DNA of 32,505 nt from Microbacterium sp. (GTDB lineage: Bacteria > Actinomycetota > Actinomycetes > Actinomycetales > Microbacteriaceae), in contig JBEVLS010000079.1 in assembly GCA_040509015.1 (NCBI GenBank), forward strand, positions 1 through 32,505, in the 5' to 3' direction. The position numbers were made by a program, and so were the translations under genes. The notes under the pieces were generated by a model that ran no database searches, was not told where the DNA came from, and was given only the letters and a program-made list of their open reading frames with translations. Of this stretch, positions 25,481 through 32,505 are shown in pieces; the first letter of the stretch is position 1, and each line of letters opens with the position of its first letter.

Positions 25481-26128
25481 TCAGGCGCGGATCGCGTCGA
25501 CGATCGGCACGTCGCCGGTGTTGAACGAGATCGTCCGTCCGATCGTCGACGGGTCCTGCAGGACCGCGGCGACGACCGCCGCCACGTCGGCGCGCGCGAC
25601 GGAGCCCGACTCGGCGGCTTCGGCGTCGATGCGTCCGGTCGGGGGGTCCAGCGTGAGGGTGCTCGGCGCGACGATCGTCCAGTCGAGACCGCTGGCGCGC
25701 AGGTGCTCGTCGGCGGCCCCCTTGGCCTCGGCGTAGGCGAAGAAGGAATCGTCCTCCGGCACGCCGTGGTCCGCCGAGGCGCCGAAGTACGACACCATGA
25801 CGTACCGGCGGACCCCCGCGGCGACGGCCGCATCGATCGAGCGGATCGCGGCATCCCGATCGACCGCGAAGGTGCGCTCCGGGCTCCCGCCGCCCGCGCC
25901 GGCCGACCACACGACCACGTCGTTGCCGCTGACGAGATTGGTCAGCTGATCGAGGTCGAATGCCTCGATGTCGGCGACGAGCGGAGTCGCGCCGGTCACG
26001 GCGACGTCGTCTTCGTGGTCCGCGTTGCGGATGACCGCCGTGACGGTGTCACCACGCTGGGCGAGAAGCGGTTCGAGGAGAAGGGCGACCTTGCCGTGGC
26101 CGCCGATGAGCAGGATTCGCGTCGACAT
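25481..26128 (-). CDS. NAD(P)H-binding protein (atypical SDR)
   Basis: IGGHGKVA, WSAGAGGG, YAEAK and ARADVA motifs; TACGCT -10 lies 6 nt upstream of the ATG (leaderless arrangement). Confidence 0.9.
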   Translation of the reverse strand: MSTRILLIGGHGKVALLLEPLLAQRGDTVTAVIRNADHEDDVAVTGATPLVADIEAFDLDQLTNLVSGNDVVVWSAGAGGGSPERTFAVDRDAAIRSIDAAVAAGVRRYVMVSYFGASADHGVPEDDSFFAYAEAKGAADEHLRASGLDWTIVAPSTLTLDPPTGRIDAEAAESGSVARADVAAVVAAVLQDPSTIGRTISFNTGDVPIVDAIRA

Positions 26129-26194
26129 GATGTCAGCGTAAGCGGATGCCGCGCGGCCCGCTCGGGGTTGACAGTCGGCCGCGCGGCTCCCGGC

Positions 26195-27148
26195 TCAGAC
26201 CGAGGAGGGGCTCCAGGACGACACGTCGTTCAGCTCCGCGATCTCGGCGACCGTCAGGTCCACCCGCGTGCTGTCGAGCAGGTCGGCGACCTGAGCGACG
26301 CGCGACGCGCTCGCGATCGGTGCGGCCACGGTCGGCTGCGCACGCAGCCAGGCGAGCGCCGTCGCGGCGATCGAGACGCCGTGGGCGCGCCCCACGCCCT
26401 CGAGCGCATCGACGATCGCGAGGCCCTGCTCCGTGGCGTACTTCGCCGCTCCTCCCGCGCGGGGCGACGCCTGGCCCGCGGCATCCGTCGACCGGTACTT
26501 GCCGGTGAGGAAGCCGCTGGCCAGTGCGTAGTACGGGACCAGGCCGAGGCCGAACTCCTCGGCGACCGGGACGATGTGGTCCTCGACGTCGTTGCGGTGG
26601 ACGAGGTTGTAGTGCGGCTGGATCGCGACGGGACGCGGGACGCCGAGCTCGTCGGCGATCCGGATCCACTCGCGGATGCGCTCGGCCGAGTAGTTCGAGA
26701 CGGCGGTGTAGCGCACCAGGCCGTCGGCGACGAGCCGGCCGAACGCGCCGACGGTCTCTTCGAGCGGCACGGTCTCGTCGTCGAAGTGCGCGTAGTAGAG
26801 ATCGATCGCGTCGACTCCGAGCCGCTCGAGGGACGCCTCGGCGGCCGCGCGGACGTTCGCCCCGGCGAGGCCCCTGAAGTCGGGGTGCTGACTCACCTTC
26901 GTGGCGACCACGACGCCCTCGGGCTTGCGGGTGGCGAGCCACTCGCCGATGATCCGCTCGCTGTCGCCACCGGAGTTGCCGGGCACCCATGCGCTGTAGG
27001 AGTCGGCCGTGTCGATGAAGTCGCCGCCGCCGTCGACGAACGCGTCGAGGATCGCGAACGACTCCTCGCGATCGGCCGTCCAGCCGAAGACGTTGCCGCC
27101 GAGGGCGAGGGGGAGGATGTCGAGGGAGCTGGTTCCGATGCGGGTCAT
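26195..27148 (-). CDS. Aldo/keto reductase
   Basis: LGGNVFG, IDTADSY, VATKV, IDLYYAH, SNY, QPHYNL and LASGFLTGKY motifs; true start is ATG 27148. Confidence 0.93.
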   Translation of the reverse strand: MTRIGTSSLDILPLALGGNVFGWTADREESFAILDAFVDGGGDFIDTADSYSAWVPGNSGGDSERIIGEWLATRKPEGVVVATKVSQHPDFRGLAGANVRAAAEASLERLGVDAIDLYYAHFDDETVPLEETVGAFGRLVADGLVRYTAVSNYSAERIREWIRIADELGVPRPVAIQPHYNLVHRNDVEDHIVPVAEEFGLGLVPYYALASGFLTGKYRSTDAAGQASPRAGGAAKYATEQGLAIVDALEGVGRAHGVSIAATALAWLRAQPTVAAPIASASRVAQVADLLDSTRVDLTVAEIAELNDVSSWSPSSV

Positions 27149-27256
27149 GCGAAGAGCCAACCCGCGCGGGCGGCGACGTGTTCCCGTGTTTCCCCCGATG
27201 TCGGCACTGGACGCCGTCGGAGCGTGGCAGGATTGCCGAGGGAACTGGAGGGTCTC

Positions 27257-27583
27257 TTGGGAAAACTCATCTATGGCGCACCGATGTGGTCGGTGGAGTT
27301 CGAGGATCGCGCTCTCGCGCACCTGCGGATCGTGATCATCGCGAAGCTGCGGCGCAACGAGACCCTGACGTTCTCGTGGAAATCGGATGCCGTCGGCGTG
27401 GCCGGCCGCAGCTCGATCTGGCTGCACCCGGCGATTCCGCTGCAGTTCGTGTTCTTCGGCGGGCGCGAGCCCGCACTGAACCGCGCGTGGATCGAGGCGC
27501 TCATGGTGACCGCCAACAGCCCGGCCGGCCTGGAGCTCATCCCCGAGCCCGAGCACGAACAACGAGCGGGCACCGCGAAGTGA
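27257..27583 (+). CDS. Conserved small Microbacteriaceae protein (DUF7882-like)
   Basis: TGGAGGG RBS, TTG start. (M)GKLIYG...FEDRALAHL...KLRRNE...W...SIWLHPAIPLQF...NRAWIEAL...ANSPAGL pattern; it is the tail of ORF 25703..27583. Confidence 0.8.
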   Translation: MGKLIYGAPMWSVEFEDRALAHLRIVIIAKLRRNETLTFSWKSDAVGVAGRSSIWLHPAIPLQFVFFGGREPALNRAWIEALMVTANSPAGLELIPEPEHEQRAGTAK

Positions 27584-27614
27584 GCACCGCATCGCCGTCT
27601 TCGAAGGAGAACAG

Positions 27615-27875
27615 ATGACCACCGTGAATCGTCTCACCGTCGACGGGCGCGACTACTTCCTGCCCGATCCGATCACCGAGCTCCGCGACAAGATCCTCGA
27701 AGCGATCAAGGCCGGCGGAGGCTACGTCAACATCCCGCCCCTGCACTCCGGCCCGGGTATCGACATCCTCTTCTCGCCCGGCATGCCCGTCACGTGGTCG
27801 AAGTTCGAGGTCGGCGGACCCGAGGGCGACGCGCCCGAGGCGCCCGAACTGCGCGACGAGTACCCCGACATCTGA
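27615..27875 (+). CDS. Hypothetical protein (86 aa) with acidic tail
   Basis: GAAGGAG RBS; typical codon usage; probably co-transcribed with the upstream gene. Confidence 0.8.
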   Translation: MTTVNRLTVDGRDYFLPDPITELRDKILEAIKAGGGYVNIPPLHSGPGIDILFSPGMPVTWSKFEVGGPEGDAPEAPELRDEYPDI

Positions 27876-27884
27876 GTCGGGCGC

Positions 27885-27928
27885 GTCGACCGGTTCGGTC
27901 GAATCGGACGAGGTCGACCGGTGCGGTC
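27885..27928. repeat. Duplicated 16-bp hairpin unit between convergent genes
   Basis: GTCGACCGGTTCGGTC (27885-27900) and GTCGACCGGTGCGGTC (27913-27928), 15/16 identical; each folds as GACCG-N3-CGGTC. Confidence 0.6.
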
Positions 27929-28685
27929 AGACCGCCATGGTCCCGTCGATGGCGCTCCGGGCGACGGGGAGCCCGAGCAGGTAGCCCTGCATCCGGTCGC
28001 TCGCGAGCGACCGGGCGAAGTCGAGGTTCTCGGTCGTCTCGATGCCCTCGGCGACGACGCGGATGCCGTGTTCGTGCGCCCAGGCCACCATGTCCACGAG
28101 CGGCGCGACGTCGTCGGGCGGGGTCTGCACGAGCGACCGATCGAGTTTGACCTCCGACAGCGGAAGCTTCTCGAGCTGGCCGCGCGAAGAGTGCCCCGTG
28201 CCGTAGTCGTCGAGCGCGACCCCCACACCGAGGGATCGCAGGCGTTGGAGGCGGCGCGCGATCTCGTCCGATCCGGGCACCGGCCTCGTCTCGGTGATCT
28301 CGATCGTGACCGCGAGGGCGGGAAGGTCTCGCTCGGCGAATCGATCTGCCAGCTGATCGACGAAGTCGTCGGTGAGCAGCTGCAGAGGTGAGACGTTGAC
28401 CGACACCTCGAGCGTCCGCCCGTCGGATCGCCACGCGTCGAGTGCATCGAAGCACTGGTCCAGCATGAAGAGGCCGATCGCGTGGATCGCGCCGGTCTCC
28501 TCCGCGAGCGGGATGAACTCGTCCGCGGGGATCAGGCCGTCTTCCGCGTGGCGCCAGCGGCACAGCGCCTCGGCGGCGACGATCAGCCCCGTCTCCGCCG
28601 AGAACTGCGGCTGGAAGACAGGGAAGAGCTCTGATCGCTCGAGAGCGCGAGAGAGATCGTCTGCGCGGGTGCCGGAGGGTGTCAC
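27927..28685 (-). CDS. Stand-alone EAL-domain c-di-GMP phosphodiesterase
   Basis: FQPQ, EALCRW, SVNVS, IEITE, DDYGTGHSS, VKLDRS, AEGIET and QGY motifs; catalytic residue set appears complete. Confidence 0.93.
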   Translation of the reverse strand: MTPSGTRADDLSRALERSELFPVFQPQFSAETGLIVAAEALCRWRHAEDGLIPADEFIPLAEETGAIHAIGLFMLDQCFDALDAWRSDGRTLEVSVNVSPLQLLTDDFVDQLADRFAERDLPALAVTIEITETRPVPGSDEIARRLQRLRSLGVGVALDDYGTGHSSRGQLEKLPLSEVKLDRSLVQTPPDDVAPLVDMVAWAHEHGIRVVAEGIETTENLDFARSLASDRMQGYLLGLPVARSAIDGTMAV

Positions 28686-28846
28686 GCGTATTAGTCAGCC
28701 CGAGCGGAGAAACCGATGCAACAGGGCGCGAGAATCTCTTGACACCTGTATAGTCCGACTCCGCGCGTGACGGGCCCCTCCGTGACTTACGATCTCAATG
28801 GGCACGTCCACCGATGCGTCCCGGTCCCCCGGCTCGAGGAGTGCCC

Positions 28847-29659
28847 ATGGTCGTCGCCCCCACCCGGGACGCCCTCCGCCGCAACAACGTCACGGTCACC
28901 GGACGACCCGACGGCCGCGTCATCGTCTTCGCCCACGGGTTCGGATGCAGCCAGGAGACCTGGAGCCTCGTCGCCCCCGAGTTCGAAGCGGATCATCGCG
29001 TCGTGCTGTTCGACCACGTGGGCGCCGGAGGCTCGGATGCCGCCGCGTACGACCGCGGCAAGTACGACTCGCTCGACGGCTACGCCGAGGACGTGCTCGA
29101 GATCCTCGACGCCCTCGACGTCCACGACGTGGTCTTCGTCGGCCACTCGGTGAGCGCGATGATCGGCGTGCTCGCCGCCAACCGCGATCCGTCGCGATTC
29201 GGCGACCTCGTGCTCGTCGGCCCGTCTCCTCGCTACGTCAACGATGACGGCTACACCGGCGGGTTCGAGCCCGACGACATCATGTCGCTCCTGGACGCGC
29301 TCGATGCGAATTACCTCGGATGGTCGGCGCAGATGGCGCCGGTCATCATCGGCAACCCCGATCGACCGGCCCTCGGGGAACAGCTGACGGCGAGCTTCTG
29401 CAGCATCGACCCCGAGATCGCCCGGCACTTCGCGCGGGTCACGTTCCTCTCCGACAACCGCGACGACCTCGCGCGCGTCACGGTGCCGACGCTCATCATG
29501 CAGTGCCGCGACGACGCCATCGCGCCGGCCGTCGTCGGACAGTACGTCCACCGCGAGATCCCCGGCAGCTCTTTCGCGCAGCTCTCGGCCAGCGGCCACG
29601 TGCCGCTGCTGTCCGGCCCCGACGAGATCGTCGCCGAACTGCGCCGCCACCTCTCGTGA
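28847..29659 (+). CDS. RsbQ/KAI2/D14-like alpha/beta hydrolase
   Basis: GAGGAG RBS before ATG 28847. RNNV, AHGFGCSQ, GHSVSAMIG, GPSPRYVND, GGF, TFLSDNR, DDAIAP and GHVP motifs as in Bacillus RsbQ. Confidence 0.9.
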   Translation: MVVAPTRDALRRNNVTVTGRPDGRVIVFAHGFGCSQETWSLVAPEFEADHRVVLFDHVGAGGSDAAAYDRGKYDSLDGYAEDVLEILDALDVHDVVFVGHSVSAMIGVLAANRDPSRFGDLVLVGPSPRYVNDDGYTGGFEPDDIMSLLDALDANYLGWSAQMAPVIIGNPDRPALGEQLTASFCSIDPEIARHFARVTFLSDNRDDLARVTVPTLIMQCRDDAIAPAVVGQYVHREIPGSSFAQLSASGHVPLLSGPDEIVAELRRHLS

Positions 29660-31038
29660 GCGGCCGCAGCACCGACCCCTGGTTCCGCTCGGCGCCGTGC
29701 GGCCTCATCGCGATGACGTACGACGGACTCGTCACCGACGCGAACGATCGCTTCCTCGGCTGGATCGCCCGCGAGGCGGACGACGTGATCGGCCGCCCGT
29801 TCGCATCGCTGCTCGATCCCGGCAGCCAGCTGTTCTTCGACACCCGGGTGATGCAGCTCGTCCATCTCGAGGGGGTGGCGGACGAGGTGTCGCTGACCCT
29901 CGTGACGGCCGACGGCGGGCGCCTGCCGGTCCTCGTCAACGCCGCCGTCGACGGCGGCGGCGGAATCGTGCGCATCGCCGCGTTCAACGCCTCGGCGCGC
30001 CACCGCTACGAAGCAGACCTGCTGCAGGCCCGGCGCTCGGCCGAATCGTCGGAAGCGCGAGTGCGCGTGCTGCAGGACGTCTCGAGCACTTTCAGCGTGA
30101 GCGCGAGCGACGAGGATGTCGCCCAGTCCTTCGCCGCGATCGCGAGCGAGGCCTTCGTCGCGAAGCACTCCGCGGTGCTCCTCCCGGATGCCGAGGGCAC
30201 CCTGCAGGTCGTGGGCGGCGTGAACCCGCTCGAAGGAAGGGTGGCGCCCATCCTGTCGCTGCGGAACACGCCGCGGGTCACGGTGATCGACGAGGAGAGC
30301 GCGCGCGACGAGTATCCGGAGCTCGCGGCCGCGATGCGGGACGCGCGCCTGACCTCGCTCAGCATCACGCCTCTCGTGGCGGACGACGAGCGCCTGGGCA
30401 TCCTGGTGTGCTTCTTCGGGCGGCGGACCGAGTTCGACGACCACTACTTCGAACTGCAGAAGGCCCTCGGCCGTCAGGCGTCGCAGACCCTGGTGCGCGT
30501 GCGCCTCCAGCGCCGCCTGGCCTACCTCGCGCTGCACGACCAGCTCACCGGCGCCGCCAACCGGGAGCTCCTCCAGCTGCGGCTGGACGAGGCGATCGAG
30601 AACGCGGCCATGTCGGACGAGCCCCTGTCGGTGCTCTTCCTCGACCTGGACGAGTTCAAGACGATCAACGACCGCTTCGGGCATGCCACCGGGGACTCCG
30701 TGCTCGTCGAGCTCGCCCGGCGGCTGCTGGCGGGCGTGCGGATGGGCGATGTCATCGGCCGCATCGGCGGCGACGAGTTCGTCGCGATCTGCGCGAACGC
30801 CGATGTCGAGGCGGGCCTCGCCGTGGCCGAGCGCGTCCTCTCGCTCACCCAGACGCCCATTCCCGTCGCGAACGGCGTCATCTCGGCATCCGTCAGCGTG
30901 GGCCTCTCCGTCTATCAGCCGGCGACCGATCCGCGACCGACCGGCGAGCAGCTGCTGATCCGCGCCGACGGCGCCATGTACGAGTCCAAGGGCGCCGGCA
31001 AGAACCGCGTCACCCTCGACACGACGCACAGCGCCTGA
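29656..31038 (+). CDS. PAS-GAF-GGDEF diguanylate cyclase
   Basis: GTGA overlap with the hydrolase stop. RsbP-type PAS (APCG...DGGRLPVLVNA...FNASARHRYEADLLQAR), GAF-like middle, HDQLTG, FLDLDEFKTINDRFGH and RMGD-x5-GGDEF (I-site plus active site). Confidence 0.92.
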   Translation: MSGRSTDPWFRSAPCGLIAMTYDGLVTDANDRFLGWIAREADDVIGRPFASLLDPGSQLFFDTRVMQLVHLEGVADEVSLTLVTADGGRLPVLVNAAVDGGGGIVRIAAFNASARHRYEADLLQARRSAESSEARVRVLQDVSSTFSVSASDEDVAQSFAAIASEAFVAKHSAVLLPDAEGTLQVVGGVNPLEGRVAPILSLRNTPRVTVIDEESARDEYPELAAAMRDARLTSLSITPLVADDERLGILVCFFGRRTEFDDHYFELQKALGRQASQTLVRVRLQRRLAYLALHDQLTGAANRELLQLRLDEAIENAAMSDEPLSVLFLDLDEFKTINDRFGHATGDSVLVELARRLLAGVRMGDVIGRIGGDEFVAICANADVEAGLAVAERVLSLTQTPIPVANGVISASVSVGLSVYQPATDPRPTGEQLLIRADGAMYESKGAGKNRVTLDTTHSA

Positions 31039-31102
31039 CACCCGCCGGCAGCACTCGTCCATTCACCGGAATGGATGCCGGAGGCGTACCGTTGCATCCG
31101 TC

Positions 31103-32131
31103 ATGAAGAGCTTCGGAACCCTCTCGTTCGGCCACTACGGCCCCCTCGGCGCAGGACGCGAGCTGACCGCCGCCGACTCGATGCTGCAGGCGATCGACCT
31201 CGCCCAGGGGATGGACGACCTGGGAGTCAACGGGGCCTACTTCCGCGTCCATCACTTCGCCCGTCAGCAGGCGTCCCCCATGCCGCTGCTCGCGGCGATC
31301 GCCGCGAAGACCGAGCGCATCGAGGTCGGCACCGGGGTCATCGACATGCGGTACGAGAACCCTCTCTATCTCGCAGAGGAGGCGGCAGCGGTCGACCTCA
31401 TCTCGGGCGGCAGGCTCGCCCTCGGCGTGAGCCGCGGTTCACCCGAGACCGTCGTCAAGGGTTACGAGGCGTTCGGCTACACCGGTTCCGAGGACCCCCG
31501 CGGGGCAGATCTCGCCCGAGAGCACTTCGACCTGTTCCTGCGCGCCATCGACGGCGAAGGCCTCGCCGAGCGCGACGGCCAGTCGGCGTTCGGCGGCGGG
31601 GCGAAGGGGCTGCAGCGCATCGAGCCGCACTCCCCCGGTCTGCGCTCGCGCGTCTGGTGGGGCGCAGGCAACCGCGACTCGGCCGAATGGGCCGGTCGCG
31701 TCGGCGTCAACCTGATGTCGTCCACCCTGCTGACCTCGGCCGACGGTCGCCCGTTCGACATCCTTCAGGCCGAGCAGATCGACGCCTTCCGCGCCGCGTG
31801 GCGCGAAGCGGGTCACGCGGGCGAGCCGCGGGTCTCGGTGAGCCGCTCGATCTTCCCGCTCATGACGGCGGAGGACCACATGTACTTCGGCGGTCGCCAG
31901 GACGGCGATCAGATCGGCATCATCGACGGCATGCGCTCGACCTTCGGCAAGACGTACGCCGCCGAGCCCGACGAGCTCGTCGAGCAGCTGCTCGGCGACG
32001 CGGCGATCCAGGCGGCGGACACCCTCATGCTCACGATCCCCAGTCAGCTCGGCGTCGCGTTCAACCTGCGCGTCATCGAGGCGTTCGCGACGCACGTCGC
32101 GCCCGCCTTGGGCTGGGTGTCGACGAGGTAG
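31103..32131 (+). CDS. LLM-class flavin-dependent oxidoreductase (luciferase-like)
   Basis: LSFGHY, FRVHHFARQ, GTGVIDMRYENP, LGVSRGSPE and NLMSSTL motifs. Confidence 0.92.
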   Translation: MKSFGTLSFGHYGPLGAGRELTAADSMLQAIDLAQGMDDLGVNGAYFRVHHFARQQASPMPLLAAIAAKTERIEVGTGVIDMRYENPLYLAEEAAAVDLISGGRLALGVSRGSPETVVKGYEAFGYTGSEDPRGADLAREHFDLFLRAIDGEGLAERDGQSAFGGGAKGLQRIEPHSPGLRSRVWWGAGNRDSAEWAGRVGVNLMSSTLLTSADGRPFDILQAEQIDAFRAAWREAGHAGEPRVSVSRSIFPLMTAEDHMYFGGRQDGDQIGIIDGMRSTFGKTYAAEPDELVEQLLGDAAIQAADTLMLTIPSQLGVAFNLRVIEAFATHVAPALGWVSTR

Positions 32132-32505
32132 CTACTCGGCGGGGGTCGTCGCGAACGACTGCTCATCGGGGTGCAGACGGTGATCGATCGCGCGCTGCAG
32201 GTGCAGGGCGGGATAGATGCCCAGCAGCACCGCCATCGGGGCGAGCGCGCCGAGGTCGTGGATGTCATGGGCGCGGTAGGTGCGCTCGAACCGCTCGACG
32301 TAGAAGAGGTAGTCGCGCGGCTTCGTGTCGAGGCGTCGAGCCGAGATGCCCGCGATCATGCCCGGCGCGTAACCGACCTTGAGACCGGCGAGCGCGAGGT
32401 GCACCGACAGGTCGAGGTCCTCGTGCATGAGGTCTTCGCGGTCGGGGCACACCTGGTCTCGGACCACGGCCCATGCACTGGCGCGGAGCGCCATGTTGCT
32501 GCCGA
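32132..32505 (-). CDS. GT2 glycosyltransferase, C-terminal part (5' end outside window)
   Basis: Frame is open to the window edge; GSNMALR, HEDLDL and SARR motifs. Confidence 0.8.
   Translation of the reverse strand, partial: GSNMALRASAWAVVRDQVCPDREDLMHEDLDLSVHLALAGLKVGYAPGMIAGISARRLDTKPRDYLFYVERFERTYRAHDIHDLGALAPMAVLLGIYPALHLQRAIDHRLHPDEQSFATTPAE

Noticed and set aside
25703-27256. N-terminal part of the 626-aa plus-strand ORF
   Set aside because: Antisense to the NAD(P)H-binding and aldo/keto reductase genes; only the tail from TTG 27257 is credible.
28739-28754. TTGACA and TATAGT in the EAL/RsbQ intergenic region as one promoter
   Set aside because: They are only 4 bp apart. TATAGT or TACGAT (28788-28793) may each be a -10, but I cannot pair either with a properly spaced -35.
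1-32505. CRISPR arrays, transposases/integrases, phage or defence genes, riboswitches
   Set aside because: No regularly spaced repeats and no such protein motifs seen. Intergenic gaps are short and I recognised no riboswitch, though an Rfam scan of 5040-5194, 10993-11174 and 28686-28846 would be needed to exclude structured RNAs.

Overview
High-GC actinobacterial chromosome segment; gene content and codon style suggest Microbacteriaceae, probably Microbacterium (inference). Left to right: (1) a moxR-DUF58-transglutaminase operon, cut at the left edge, then tRNA-Ser(GGA). (2) An arsenic locus directly after the tRNA: a flavin oxidoreductase, a PAT/ArsN1-like acetyltransferase and arsC, divergent from arsR across three operator palindromes, plus a separate ArsR-ArsC fusion. 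No arsenite exporter is present in the window. (3) Small membrane or stress genes and a Lys-rich 47-aa protein missing from the ORF track. (4) A six-gene glycan operon: GtrA, processive QxxRW GT2, GT-C transferase, secreted DUF4397-like protein, GH8 and polyprenol-P-mannose synthase. It looks like a self-contained pathway for a sugar-decorated cellulose-like polymer. (5) An SDR / F420-type LLM / GH15 operon, a hydrolase-GbsR/MarR pair, a Mo-oxidoreductase behind a SigK-like promoter, and redox enzymes. (6) A c-di-GMP module in which an RsbQ/KAI2-like hydrolase is coupled to a PAS-GAF-GGDEF cyclase, divergent from a stand-alone EAL. (7) An LLM oxidoreductase and a partial GT2. The best candidates for undescribed systems are the glycan operon (11926-18735) and the RsbQ-GGDEF/EAL module (27927-31038). 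The heptamer GGATGCC/GGCATCC also looks over-represented. All family calls come from motif recognition by eye, not from database searches.
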